A stretch of DNA of 64,000 nt from assembly GCA_009782505.1 (NCBI GenBank), contig WRIW01000004.1, positions 25,123 through 89,122 of the forward strand. Reading direction: 5' to 3'. The DNA is from Clostridiales bacterium. Lineage in GTDB: Bacteria > Bacillota > Peptococcia > DRI-13 > UBA5745. The translations under genes and the position numbers were made by a program. Shown here piece by piece: positions 1 through 9,477 of the stretch. Position 1 is the first letter of the stretch; the number at the start of each line of letters is the position of its first letter. The notes below the pieces were generated by a model. That model saw only the letters and a program-made list of their open reading frames with translations. It did no database searches and was not told the DNA's origin.

Positions 1-1944
1 GTAGACTCTGACCTTGCCGTCGGGCGTCAGCTCCATCGCCGCTTCCGCGAAATCATTAGGGCCGCCCATGGGATTGAAGTACATGCCGGCTACGCCCACG
101 CCGTATTTCACCTTGTCCGTGCTGTTTTCCTCCGCCCACTTCTTCCTCTCCCGGTAGTACGGGCGGGCGGCGTCCATCATCTTCTCATAAGGGTAGAAGT
201 GCAGGGGGCGCTGATATACGGTCATGTCGCCTTCCCGCAGGATATTTTTATAGCGAAACTCAAACGGGTCGATCCCCGCTTTATCCGCCAGCATGTCCAT
301 CAGGGTCTCCATGGAAGTGGTGACCTCCGGGAAGCCGAAGCCCCGGTACGCAACGCCCATGTTGTGGTTGGTGACGCCCACGCGGAAGAGGCCGCGAACA
401 TTAGGGATATGGTAAGGATTGCCGAAAGCGACCATTTTCCCTACCTGGGCGCCGCCTTCGGTGAAGGCCCCGGCGTCCAGGCCGACGTCATATTCCAGGG
501 CTGTGATGATCCCGTCTTCGTCGCAGGCAAGCCTGCCGTTGATATGGGCCGGCGTGCGCTTACCGGAGAAGTGCTGGTGTTCTTCGTAGCTCATGACCAG
601 GGAGACGGGCGCGTCCAGGGCCATGGCGCATATGCCCACGATGGACAGGGAGACCGCGTCCGTGGACCAGCCGAAGCTGCCGCCTACCGCGTTGTGGACG
701 ATGCGGATCTGCTCAGGCTCAAGGCCTATGCCCTTGCCCATGACGCCTTTATTCGCGTATATCGCCTGGGACTTGCAGTGGAACGTGTATACGCCGTCTT
801 CGTCGACATAGCATTGGATGATATCCCCTTCGATACTCAGATGGGGCTCCCTGGGGGAGCGGACGCTTGCCCGCACCGCGAAGGCCGAGTCTTCGATGAC
901 CTCGTCGGCTGGTTCTCCTTTTACCACGGGCTGATGTAAAAATACATTGGGCGCCGTCTGCCAAAGCTGCATGGCGTCGGGGGTCACGGCGTCGAGGAAT
1001 TCCAAGTACTCGGGAAGCTTTTCGTACTCCATCTTCACGCGCTTTGCCGCTTCCCGGGCATGGGCGCGGGTATCTGCCGCCACGACGGCGATGATATCCC
1101 CGTAGCGATGGATCGTATCTTCCGCCAAGAGGTACTTGCTGGGCGAGGTCACTTTGGCGCGCTTGTGCATGTTGAATTGGTTGATGCGGTTATTACCTTT
1201 GCAGTCTCTGTAAGTGATGACTTTCACCACGCCGGGCATCCTCTCGGCTTCGGAGACGTCGAGGCTCAGGATTTTCGCGTGATGGGCGACGCGGGGCTGG
1301 ACGACTGCCAGATGGAGGGTGCCGTCGGGCATCTTCAGACTCATATCCTCGCCGTAGTCCAGTGTGCCGCAGACCTTCGCCAGGGCTGTGGGTTTCGGCG
1401 TGCGGGCATTATAGTAGCCTTTTTTCTCGTCTACATGGAAAGCGATGTCCTCCATGGTTTTCTCCCCGCGCATGACTTCGGCGGCAGCCATCACGGCGTC
1501 TACGATGGGCTTGTACCCTGTGCAGCGGCAGGCGTTGCGGTGGCGTTGGAACCAGGCGCGTACTTCCTCCCGGGTGGGCTTAGGGTTTTCTCCCAGCAAT
1601 GCGTAAGCAGACACGATGAAGCCCGGGGAACAAATCCCGCATTGTACGCCGCCGTAGGTAATGAAAGCCTGCTGCAGGGGATGGAGGCGCATGGGGCTTC
1701 CGATCCCCTCGATGGTGATGATCTTCGTATAGTCTTCCATCCCCTTGACTTTGCGGGTGCAGCTGCGCACGACTTTGCCGTCCACGATCACCGAACAGGC
1801 GCCGCAGATACCGCTCCCACAGCCGATCTTCGTGCCGGTCAAACCGGCCCTGCGCAAGACGTCGGCAAGGGTATCGACTTCCGGATTACATACAAACATA
1901 CGGTCCGCCCCATTGATGTTGAACCAAATCCTCCTGAAATTCAT
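1..1944 (-). CDS. Molybdopterin-dependent aldehyde oxidoreductase (xanthine oxidase family, Mop-type), runs off the window edge
   Basis: Not in the ORF track because there is no stop in the window. Manual translation from ATG 1944 (GGAAGGGGAG-like RBS upstream) gives MNFRRIWFNINGAD...TGTKIGCGSGICGACSV...VQCGICSPGF...NACRCTGY (two [2Fe-2S] motifs), then the Moco domain. Plus-strand ORFs 199-939 and 1060-2007 are its shadows. Confidence 0.93.
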   Translation of the reverse strand, partial: MNFRRIWFNINGADRMFVCNPEVDTLADVLRRAGLTGTKIGCGSGICGACSVIVDGKVVRSCTRKVKGMEDYTKIITIEGIGSPMRLHPLQQAFITYGGVQCGICSPGFIVSAYALLGENPKPTREEVRAWFQRHRNACRCTGYKPIVDAVMAAAEVMRGEKTMEDIAFHVDEKKGYYNARTPKPTALAKVCGTLDYGEDMSLKMPDGTLHLAVVQPRVAHHAKILSLDVSEAERMPGVVKVITYRDCKGNNRINQFNMHKRAKVTSPSKYLLAEDTIHRYGDIIAVVAADTRAHAREAAKRVKMEYEKLPEYLEFLDAVTPDAMQLWQTAPNVFLHQPVVKGEPADEVIEDSAFAVRASVRSPREPHLSIEGDIIQCYVDEDGVYTFHCKSQAIYANKGVMGKGIGLEPEQIRIVHNAVGGSFGWSTDAVSLSIVGICAMALDAPVSLVMSYEEHQHFSGKRTPAHINGRLACDEDGIITALEYDVGLDAGAFTEGGAQVGKMVAFGNPYHIPNVRGLFRVGVTNHNMGVAYRGFGFPEVTTSMETLMDMLADKAGIDPFEFRYKNILREGDMTVYQRPLHFYPYEKMMDAARPYYRERKKWAEENSTDKVKYGVGVAGMYFNPMGGPNDFAEAAMELTPDGKVRVY

Positions 1945-1960
1945 ATCCTGCTCCCCTTCC

Positions 1961-2161
1961 TTATTTATCCTCCAGTTCCGTTTCCACTTGGGCGATGCGC
2001 CCCTTGACCAGTTCCGGCGATAGATATACCTGTCCGCATTTCGGGCAGCGCGGCACATCGGCGGTGAAGGTATGCTTCATATACGAAAACGTTGTCTTCG
2101 CTTCCTCCAGCCTGACCCCGCATATACCGCAGATCAAATCCTCGCTTTTTACTCCGCTCAT
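1961..2161 (-). CDS. Small double-CxxC redox/Zn-ribbon protein (DVU_1557-like)
   Basis: 66 aa with CGIC...CPKC and C-terminal ELEDK; co-oriented directly upstream of the aldehyde oxidoreductase. Confidence 0.82.
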   Translation of the reverse strand: MSGVKSEDLICGICGVRLEEAKTTFSYMKHTFTADVPRCPKCGQVYLSPELVKGRIAQVETELEDK

Positions 2162-2199
2162 GACAGTACTCCGTTACAATATTGATTTACATTAATATA

Positions 2200-3600
2200 T
2201 CACAAAACGGGGGCCTTTCCTATTCTTTCGACGCCGCGTTTCACCGTCCAGCCGGGAGGGCGGGCTTTGGCGGATTCAGCCGTTGCCGGAGGGCAGCCCG
2301 CAAGGCGAACGGTTATATCCGACTCCAGCCACGCGCCGCGGAGGACGCTTTCCCAGTCGGCAATGGTAGCTGGCGCAATCGATGTAGTATCAGCAATCGC
2401 AGCAGTCGGAGCAGCTGGCGCAATCGATGCAGTATCAGCAACCTCAGCAGTCTCAGCAATCGGAGCGGTCGATGCAGTCGCCGAAATCGAAGCTATCGCC
2501 GCTGCCGCAGCTTCGATAGTCACGGTCAATCTGCCCCCTGCCACTACCGCTCGGTAATCCAATATCTCATCCCGGTTCAGCAGAAGCTCATCCATCCGGT
2601 AAATATTGACGTCATGCTGTAATTCCCGTAAGCGCCCCAGCACCTTGTCGAGCCGGGGAAGCTCGCTGCCGCAGGCGCATCTGCCCCATATGAGCCGACC
2701 CAGATCGCCTGTGCGGTAGCGGATCAGCGGCATGGCCTCCCGGCGGAGGGTGGTGATCACGATCTCGCCCCAGCCGCCCTCCGGTTTGACCAAGCCCGTC
2801 GCTGCTGTCACCGTTTCTTCCGGCGTCGGATCGGCCCACTCCGGCTCCACGATTTCTATCAGCAGCTCGTCGCAGCGTATGTGCTGGCCGTCGTGGGCGG
2901 GGCACTCCACCGCGCAGCCATATCCCGTCTCCGTCAAGCCGTAATGGGCAAACACCTCGCAGCCCCAGATCCGGGATATGGTTTCCCGCGCCGCATCGGA
3001 TACATAATCCGCCGAAAGCAACACGTTTGCCGGACGGATATCCGGCGCCAGCAGAGCGAGTTTACGTATTTGCGAGGGGAGGCCGATTACCGTATGGTAT
3101 TCGCGCTGCCGCAAGGCCGCCGCTGCGTCGCCGAAATCGGAGATAAGCCCGTAGGCAACAGGAAAGGCGCCCAGCTCAACAAGCCCCTTAACCAAAAGCT
3201 GCCCGACGCCGTTTTCCGAATCCGTCGGCATAAAGACCATGACGCTGTCGGCGGCATTACACATATATCTCATGCCGACGGCAAAGAAGTCCACCGTCCG
3301 CTTCAGATCCCCTCCGGAGAAAAACAAACGCTTCGGCGCGCCGCCTGTGCCTGTGCTGTGGATGGTGACGATACGGTCAACCGTGCCGGCCCCGCCGCAT
3401 ACCATGTCGGCGCCGCGCCCGGCGATATCACGGGCTGTGGTGAATGGAAGCCTTTGCAGATCCGCCAGCGCCTTTAGCGGCAGATCGACGCCCGCGAGCT
3501 TTTCCCGGTAGAAGCGGCTGCGTTCCGCCGTGAAAATCAATTGGGCATTCAACATCGCCAATTGGTAATCGGCAAGACTCAAACCTTTTGGAATATCCAT
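2200..3600 (-). CDS. Phenylacetate-CoA-ligase-like AMP-dependent ligase (DVU_1553-like)
   Basis: STGTGGAPK P-loop, HYGLTETG and MPLIRYRTGD motifs; Ala/Thr-rich insertion near the C-terminus. Confidence 0.85.
   Translation of the reverse strand: MDIPKGLSLADYQLAMLNAQLIFTAERSRFYREKLAGVDLPLKALADLQRLPFTTARDIAGRGADMVCGGAGTVDRIVTIHSTGTGGAPKRLFFSGGDLKRTVDFFAVGMRYMCNAADSVMVFMPTDSENGVGQLLVKGLVELGAFPVAYGLISDFGDAAAALRQREYHTVIGLPSQIRKLALLAPDIRPANVLLSADYVSDAARETISRIWGCEVFAHYGLTETGYGCAVECPAHDGQHIRCDELLIEIVEPEWADPTPEETVTAATGLVKPEGGWGEIVITTLRREAMPLIRYRTGDLGRLIWGRCACGSELPRLDKVLGRLRELQHDVNIYRMDELLLNRDEILDYRAVVAGGRLTVTIEAAAAAIASISATASTAPIAETAEVADTASIAPAAPTAAIADTTSIAPATIADWESVLRGAWLESDITVRLAGCPPATAESAKARPPGWTVKRGVERIGKAPVL
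2368..2457. repeat. Intragenic 45-bp tandem repeat (2 copies, ~9-bp sub-period)
   Basis: agctggcgcaatcgatg(t/c)agtatcagcaa... starts at 2368 and 2413; encodes ADT(A/T)SIAPA repeats. Confidence 0.8.
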
Positions 3601-4220
3601 ATACCATATCCCGCTTTCACTTCCCGCAGCTGCTTCCGGGTTTCGTCATCCAAATAGGCGTCGGCGGTCCCGTCCATCAGCATTTGCGCGAACATGGACC
3701 GCAAATCCCGCGTATGGTCGATAAAGCGGCAAAGCAAAAAGCCGTGCCCAATAAAATAGCCTTCCAGCGACCGCAACGCGTATACGCGACGAAGCAGCGT
3801 TTGTCTAACGCGTAAGTCGTCTTCGCCATAAGTGAACAGATCGCTCAACAGCAAAAACCCCTGGCCCCGGAGTACCCGGGCAGCCTCCGCCGCGACGGCG
3901 GACGGATCCTCCGTCAATGAGAAAACACATTCCATGAGAATGGCGTGAAAGAAATCGTTGTCAAACGGCAAGGCATCCGCAGTTGATTTCACTACCATTG
4001 CCGATGGGCAATTGACTGTAGCACAAGCATACGACGTGTCATCCGGTTCGGCGCCATACAGCTCGTATGAGTTGTGCTCCGCCAGCCAACTCAGCGTAGC
4101 GCCCCGGCCGCAGCCGATATCCGCGAGGCGGGCGCCGAAACCAACCAGGGGCCTGAGTAATTCTTCTGTCGACCGTGGATGACAGGGATTCAGTTTAGCA
4201 AGCCTTTCACCGTAGGGCAT
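3579..4220 (-). CDS. Class I SAM-dependent methyltransferase (DVU_1556/TrsM-like)
   Basis: LADIGCGRG motif I, ADALPF, ILMECVFS; overlaps the ligase start; GAGGT RBS. Confidence 0.85.
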   Translation of the reverse strand: MPYGERLAKLNPCHPRSTEELLRPLVGFGARLADIGCGRGATLSWLAEHNSYELYGAEPDDTSYACATVNCPSAMVVKSTADALPFDNDFFHAILMECVFSLTEDPSAVAAEAARVLRGQGFLLLSDLFTYGEDDLRVRQTLLRRVYALRSLEGYFIGHGFLLCRFIDHTRDLRSMFAQMLMDGTADAYLDDETRKQLREVKAGYGIWIFQKV

Positions 4221-4251
4221 TTTGTATACCTCATTACTGCCGGACGCTGCA

Positions 4252-5664
4252 CTAGGGCTTCATCGCGGTAAGGTATCTGACGCAGAAAGGCTTCAGCTTT
4301 CCTTCGTGGTATACGCGAAGGCTGCAGCGGCGTAAGCGCTCGACGTCCAGGTTCATGGCGTCCTGAAACACCATGGCAGTGAGGGTGAACCCGTGCTTTC
4401 TGACGCCTCGGAGAAAGCCGTCGAAGCTTTCCAGGTCGTCGTCGCAGCAATCGCCGTCTCCATCACAGCAGCAGTCCTCGCCGACGCAATCGTCGTCGCA
4501 GCAGCATTCCTCAGTATTCTCGCCGTCGTTGCCGTTGATACCCGCTTCAGCACCGCCGTCGTTGCCGTTGCCGCCGCCAACGTCGCCGCCGTTTTCGCCG
4601 CCTTCCCGGGACCAGCGCCTTCCTATGTATTCACGATTTTGCGCCGCCGTGGTCACTGTCGGCACGGCGCCGTCGTCCGCGTGGGAAAGAGGGATCAGCC
4701 CACCACTGCTTACAAGAAAGCTGCCGTGGAAACCGCACAAAGGATGGTCGCAGCGGGATGGCAGTAGCCCCGCGTCCTCGACTTCGGCTTGCTCCCGTAT
4801 GGCGAGTATCAGCTCGTCCAGGGTATAGCGGTCGTATTCTGACGGCAATACCGGGTATCGGCCGAAGTAGCTAACCGGTTGGAAATGCACGCCCCGCACC
4901 GCCGGCGACAGGGAAGCCCCCAGGCGGATGATATCCCCGACCTGATCGTCATTGACGCCCCGGACTATGGTGGGCACCAAAGTCACTCCGATTCCGTACT
5001 TGTCGCACATATCAATGGCGTTCATCTTTGCGTCAAAGAGCGGCGCTCCCCGCAAAGCCTGGTAAACACGGTCGTTTGCGCCGTCAAACTGCATGAATAC
5101 AAAAGAAAGCCCCGCCTCCGCCAAAGCCCTTACATACTCTTCGTCCCGGGACAGGCGCAAGCCGTTGCTATTCAGCTGAATGTACTTACATCCAAGCCCG
5201 CGGCTGTAGGCGATAAGCTCTGGCAGATCGTCCCTCATCGTAGGCTCGCCGCCGGAGAACTGCAGCAAAGGCTTGTCGTCGGCGTCCAGGATATCTTCCA
5301 CCGCTCGCTTGAGGTCGGTTAGCTCAGGGTCGGGGCCGGCCTCGAAGTCCGCGAAGCAGTACGCGCAGCGGAGGTCGCATCGGCTCGTCACTTCCAATAA
5401 TACGCAGCATACGCCTTGCAGGTGCCCGCCGCAGACGCCGCAGGCATGCGGGCAGTCCGGGGCTTCATCGTCCGCAAGTACCGGAAGGTAACCCCGCCAT
5501 TTTTCCAAATCAACCTTGTCCCGCCATACCGGCACGGAAAAATCACCGTGCTCGGGGCAGGTCTTCTTCATATATACGCCAGCGCCATACCGCAGCACCT
5601 CCGCCTTCACCGGCTTCAGGCACACGGGGCACACAGAGCGCGTCCAACGCAGCAGATCGGCCAT
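4252..5664 (-). CDS. trsS: Radical SAM protein (TrsS-like, N-terminal CPVC...CPEHG Zn ribbon)
   Basis: CDLRCAYC motif, SGGEPT, QLNSNG, C-terminal FQDAMNLDVERLRRC...PFC; start moved to the ATG after GAGGA RBS; contains a Gly/Cys/Asp insertion. Family name is from recollection. Confidence 0.75.
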   Translation of the reverse strand: MADLLRWTRSVCPVCLKPVKAEVLRYGAGVYMKKTCPEHGDFSVPVWRDKVDLEKWRGYLPVLADDEAPDCPHACGVCGGHLQGVCCVLLEVTSRCDLRCAYCFADFEAGPDPELTDLKRAVEDILDADDKPLLQFSGGEPTMRDDLPELIAYSRGLGCKYIQLNSNGLRLSRDEEYVRALAEAGLSFVFMQFDGANDRVYQALRGAPLFDAKMNAIDMCDKYGIGVTLVPTIVRGVNDDQVGDIIRLGASLSPAVRGVHFQPVSYFGRYPVLPSEYDRYTLDELILAIREQAEVEDAGLLPSRCDHPLCGFHGSFLVSSGGLIPLSHADDGAVPTVTTAAQNREYIGRRWSREGGENGGDVGGGNGNDGGAEAGINGNDGENTEECCCDDDCVGEDCCCDGDGDCCDDDLESFDGFLRGVRKHGFTLTAMVFQDAMNLDVERLRRCSLRVYHEGKLKPFCVRYLTAMKP

Positions 5665-5684
5665 ATCATTCCTCGATTTTATCA

Positions 5685-5718
5685 AAGGGGACGGTGAGTA
5701 CAGCAGAACCGTCCCTTC
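5685..5718. repeat. REP-like palindrome (GGGGACGGT...AGAACCGTCCC)
   Basis: aaggggacggt-N12-accgtccctt inverted pair; the same AGAACCGTCCC motif recurs at ~63444. Confidence 0.55.
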
Positions 5719-5730
5719 TGTGCCCCTGTG

Positions 5731-5955
5731 TCACCCGCCTTCCAGCCAGGGAAACAACTGCACATAGTCGCCGTCGTGCACCCGGCTCTCGAAAGGCGCC
5801 CATTCCTTGTTGATCAACTGCATCCCTACGTCGTCAGCCTTGAGGCCGACATGCCCGATGAACTCTTCCAGACTCATCTCACAGCTGATTTCGACCCGGT
5901 CGCGCTTTTTGCCGGCCAGGTCGGCCAGCATCAGGTTGAATTCTACATCTACCAT
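5731..5955 (-). CDS. MoaD/ThiS sulfur-carrier protein
   Basis: 74 aa ubiquitin-like protein ending LEGG; downstream of an AOR. Confidence 0.88.
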   Translation of the reverse strand: MVDVEFNLMLADLAGKKRDRVEISCEMSLEEFIGHVGLKADDVGMQLINKEWAPFESRVHDGDYVQLFPWLEGG

Positions 5956-6009
5956 ATGGCAAATAACCTCCCCGCGCCGCTGAGCATCCGCTTCGCAATG
6001 ATCATCGAC

Positions 6010-6047
6010 AAAAAAATGGCTATCTCACCGGAAAGCGAGTATAGCCA
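6010..6047 (-). terminator. Putative intrinsic terminator after the first AOR
   Basis: Minus strand reads tggctatactc...gagatagcca followed by T7. Confidence 0.55.
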
Positions 6048-6105
6048 CTCTACTACATTTTATGATATTTCGCAACACCCGTTAGACAATGCCTTTCAGC
6101 GTCTG

Positions 6106-7818
6106 CTAGACAATGCCTTTCAGCACTTCTTCTTCGGTCAGGTCGAATACGTGGCCGGTGGGCGGCAAAGGTTCGCGGTACATATACTCGGGTAAGCGAT
6201 CCATGGCGGGGGATATGCCCGAGGCGATGTTGAACTCCCGCTCGATGCGGGTGGTCTCCGTCCCCTGTGCCCAGAATTCATCCACCGTCATCTGCTGGCC
6301 GGTGATGCCGAACACCAGTTGGGTGAACAGCTCCGGTTTCTTGAATAGATATGACCGGGCAAATATACAGAAGCCCAGGTTCTCCAACGCGGCCATCTGT
6401 ACCTGGGTGTTGCGGGACAGGTCGCCTTGCCCTTCGGTAGCGAGGGGCGGTACCTGGCCCCGGGAGCCGTAGCAGTTGCCCAGGGTATGGTCGCCGCCCA
6501 TGGGGTTCACCGCGAAGGTCACGCCGTTGCCCTTCAGCGCCCTGGGGTCGTACCCGGGGAAGGCCTGATTCTTCGACGTGGGGAGATCGTTGATCCCAAA
6601 TACTTCACCGGTGACTCTGGTGCCGTTTCCGATCACGCGCCCAAGAGGGGTGCCCGCGCGGATCTCATCCATGAGCTTCAGGAAGCCCGGGCCATCGCCA
6701 AACTTCACCAACCCCGCCTCCGCGGCCACGCCGAGGGCGGCGCCTGTCTCGATGGCGTCAAGCCCCAGGTCGTTGACCTGATGATTTAACCGGGCCAGAT
6801 CGTCGAAGTTGTCGATGCAGAGATTAGAGCCGAGAAGGGCAATGTTCTCATACTGTACGGTAGAGCATATCTTCTTGCCGTTTTCGTCGGGAAATATGGA
6901 ACTGCAGCGGATCATGCAGCCATTCATGCAGGCGACGCCTGTCTTGCCTTCTCCGCCCCGGGCCTGGATCAGCTCTACCATCTTCTCGCCGCAGATATTC
7001 TCCACCCCTTCAAAGGAGCCTCTGGTGAAGTTGCGGGTGGGCAGGAAGCCCAACTCGTCTACGATCTTGGTCATGCCCGTCGTGCCGTAGAGCTGATTGC
7101 TCTTCTGGATGGTGGGGTAAGCGTCCACCAGCATCTGCTGATATTCTTTCGAGGCTTCGGTATAAGCGGCTTTGTCAAAGTACTCTACGCGATCTTCCTT
7201 CGAAGGCACGATGACGACGGCTTTCACATGCTTGCTGCCCATCAGGGCGCCCAGCCCGCCCCTTGCCGCGAAGCGCATGGAGCTGTCCACCGACGCGCAG
7301 ACCACGCCGGCGCCGCGCATCATGTACTCGCCTGCCGGGCCGTTGCAGATGACGCCGGCCCTGTCGCCGAACTTCTCGCGCAAGCGGAGGATGGTATCCT
7401 GAGCGCCTACCAGGCGCAGATCGTCCATAACCTCAAGGCGGATACCTTCGCCGTCGATGACCAGTACGTAACTGCTCTGGTCGCCTTTCTCCGGCAAGCC
7501 CTCAAAGACGAGGGCGCGGATGCCGTGGCGGGCCAAATCGTTTGCGGCTGTGCCTCCGGAGCTTGCTTCCTTTATCCCGTTGGTGAGAGGGCTCTTGCCG
7601 CCTACGGACAATCTGCCCGAGGAGGAAGTCATGGTACCGCCCAGAAGCCCGGTGGCTATGATCAGTTTGTTGTGGATGCCTAATGGCTCGCAAGCCGGGT
7701 CTACCTCGTCTTTCATAAAACGCGCGATGAAACCGCGGGAGCCGTAGGGGGTGTACTTGCCCGCGTCCTCCTGTGTGATTTTTTTCGCGCCCATGTCGAT
7801 CCTGACGATTTTTGCCAT
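6106..7818 (-). CDS. Aldehyde:ferredoxin oxidoreductase (tungsten AOR family), copy 1
   Basis: KSPLTNGIKEASSGG, AARGGLGALMGSK, CMNGCMIRC, DLGLDAIETG, YDPR, GGDH. Confidence 0.92.
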   Translation of the reverse strand: MAKIVRIDMGAKKITQEDAGKYTPYGSRGFIARFMKDEVDPACEPLGIHNKLIIATGLLGGTMTSSSGRLSVGGKSPLTNGIKEASSGGTAANDLARHGIRALVFEGLPEKGDQSSYVLVIDGEGIRLEVMDDLRLVGAQDTILRLREKFGDRAGVICNGPAGEYMMRGAGVVCASVDSSMRFAARGGLGALMGSKHVKAVVIVPSKEDRVEYFDKAAYTEASKEYQQMLVDAYPTIQKSNQLYGTTGMTKIVDELGFLPTRNFTRGSFEGVENICGEKMVELIQARGGEGKTGVACMNGCMIRCSSIFPDENGKKICSTVQYENIALLGSNLCIDNFDDLARLNHQVNDLGLDAIETGAALGVAAEAGLVKFGDGPGFLKLMDEIRAGTPLGRVIGNGTRVTGEVFGINDLPTSKNQAFPGYDPRALKGNGVTFAVNPMGGDHTLGNCYGSRGQVPPLATEGQGDLSRNTQVQMAALENLGFCIFARSYLFKKPELFTQLVFGITGQQMTVDEFWAQGTETTRIEREFNIASGISPAMDRLPEYMYREPLPPTGHVFDLTEEEVLKGIV

Positions 7819-7928
7819 TTTCAGAGCCTCCCTAATCCTTTTTGATTTATTTTAGCACAGACTACTCAAAACGCAAGAATATATGATATAATTTCCCAAA
7901 TACTTAATTTCGAATTGGAGGGTTCAGC

Positions 7929-8297
7929 ATGACAAGGATATCGATTCACGAGTCGGAAGTGGAAGGGACACTAAAAACGGAACCTTGGGTCAGGTTATCC
8001 AAACTACTGATCAGCGAGCATGAATTCGGCGCCAAGCAGATTTCCATGGGTATAAATATTTCCCAGCCCGGCAGCGGCATTCCCATGCATAAGCATACGG
8101 ACAGCGAGGAAGCGCTGTACGTGGTCGAGGGCACCGGCAAGCTGACTTGCGGCAGCGAGACGGCGGAGCTGAAGCCCGGCACCGCGTTTTTCTCGCCCCT
8201 GGGCGTGGATCACATCGTCGAGAACACCGGCGACGTACCCCTTAAGATCGTCTGGGCCTACGCCCCTCCCCTGGAAGACCATCTGATCAAGAAGTAA
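7929..8297 (+). CDS. Cupin-2 domain protein
   Basis: HKH-x4-E...PLGVDHIVEN cupin metal motifs; GGAGG RBS; divergent from AOR1. Confidence 0.88.
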   Translation: MTRISIHESEVEGTLKTEPWVRLSKLLISEHEFGAKQISMGINISQPGSGIPMHKHTDSEEALYVVEGTGKLTCGSETAELKPGTAFFSPLGVDHIVENTGDVPLKIVWAYAPPLEDHLIKK

Positions 8298-8366
8298 TCA
8301 CAGGCCTGCTAGGCGCGGCGCGATACCGCTCTTTACGGTATCGCGGGCGGTATCGGTTTAGGAACG

Positions 8367-8406
8367 AAAATACGCCGGAGCGTGATCGTCAGCCCCGGCG
8401 TTTTTT
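8367..8406. terminator. Intrinsic terminator between convergent genes
   Basis: acgccgg...ccggcgt stem flanked by an A-run and T6. Confidence 0.55.
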
Positions 8407-8436
8407 GCTTTCTGCGGCGGATGCGGCCCTCCGCTG

Positions 8437-9477
8437 CTACAGCTTGGCCGCCCCGTACTGCTCGGCGGTCTTGTTGAGCAGCTCCACTACGGCGGCGTCC
8501 AGGGGGATGCCGTCCTTCTTCTTCTGCTCTGTGATGTTGTGCTCGATCTCCCCCGCCATGTAGATGGCGCCGCCCTTGGGCTTGAGGTTCTTGATGATAT
8601 CCACCACGGCGTCCACATTCGCGGCAAAGAGGCCGTAGTCGATGAAGTCCGCTATGTTGATGGCGATGAAGGCGTGGCCCGTGTCCGACGGGCCGCTCAT
8701 GTCCGTGATGTTCTTGACCGTGCCCGTGAGCCCGGTGTCCGTCATGACGCCGCAGATCAGGTCGACGATCAGGGACAGCGCCGAGCCTTTGACGCCGCCG
8801 ATGGGGACCAGGCTGCCTTTCAGCGCCTCGTTTGGATCCGATGTGGGATTGCCGCCTTCGTCAAGTCCCCAGTCCAGGGGTATTTGCTCATTCTTCAGGG
8901 CGGAGAGGCGGATCTTGCCCCTGGCTACGGTGGACATCGCCATATCCAGCACGATGGGGACTTTATCATGCGCCGGTACCGCTATGCTCAGGGGATTGGT
9001 GCCCAGCAGGGGCGTCGCCGTGCCGAATGGCGCGATGGCAGGCGAGGCGTTTGCCATCGTTATACCGATCATGCCGTCCTCCAGCGCCATCATGGAAAAC
9101 CAGCTAGCCGTGCCGAAGTGGTTGGAGTTGCGCACCGCTACCATGCCGATACCGAAGTCCTTCGCCAGCTCGATGGCTTTCTTCATCGCCTTGTGGCCGG
9201 CGAGTTGGCCTAAGCCGTTTTCCGCGTCAAGCAGGGCGGTGGCGCCCCTTTGCCTGATGTATTTCATCTCCGGCTGAAGATTCATGATCCCCGTGCCGAT
9301 GCGTTCCGTATACGTGGGTAAGCGCACGATCCCGTGGGAGCTCACATTCCTCAAGTCCGCGAATATCAATGAATCCGTGACGATTTCGGCGTTTTCCTCC
9401 GTCAAGCCCATTTTAACGAGCAGGCCCACCGAGAATTTGTTTAGCTGTTCTATGGAGTATTTCCGTTCTTCCGCCAT
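8437..9477 (-). CDS. Ldh_2-family (malate/L-lactate/ureidoglycolate-type) oxidoreductase
   Basis: SSHGIVRL, NSNHFG, GTNP, DMAMS and KGSAL motifs. Confidence 0.9.
   Translation of the reverse strand: MAEERKYSIEQLNKFSVGLLVKMGLTEENAEIVTDSLIFADLRNVSSHGIVRLPTYTERIGTGIMNLQPEMKYIRQRGATALLDAENGLGQLAGHKAMKKAIELAKDFGIGMVAVRNSNHFGTASWFSMMALEDGMIGITMANASPAIAPFGTATPLLGTNPLSIAVPAHDKVPIVLDMAMSTVARGKIRLSALKNEQIPLDWGLDEGGNPTSDPNEALKGSLVPIGGVKGSALSLIVDLICGVMTDTGLTGTVKNITDMSGPSDTGHAFIAINIADFIDYGLFAANVDAVVDIIKNLKPKGGAIYMAGEIEHNITEQKKKDGIPLDAAVVELLNKTAEQYGAAKL

Noticed and set aside
199-2007. Long plus-strand ORFs (also 8539-9213, 14656-15546, 38890-39885, 50861-51901, 57752-58546 and others)
   Set aside because: Antisense or alternate-frame shadows of well-supported genes in GC-rich DNA, with no motifs of their own.
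2360-2515. CRISPR array (also considered 39454-39592)
   Set aside because: In-frame coding tandem repeats without unique spacers; no cas genes in the window.
4252-5664. Selenocysteine or pyrrolysine read-through
   Set aside because: The radical SAM and methyltransferase ORFs are uninterrupted, and I saw no gene split at TGA or TAG.
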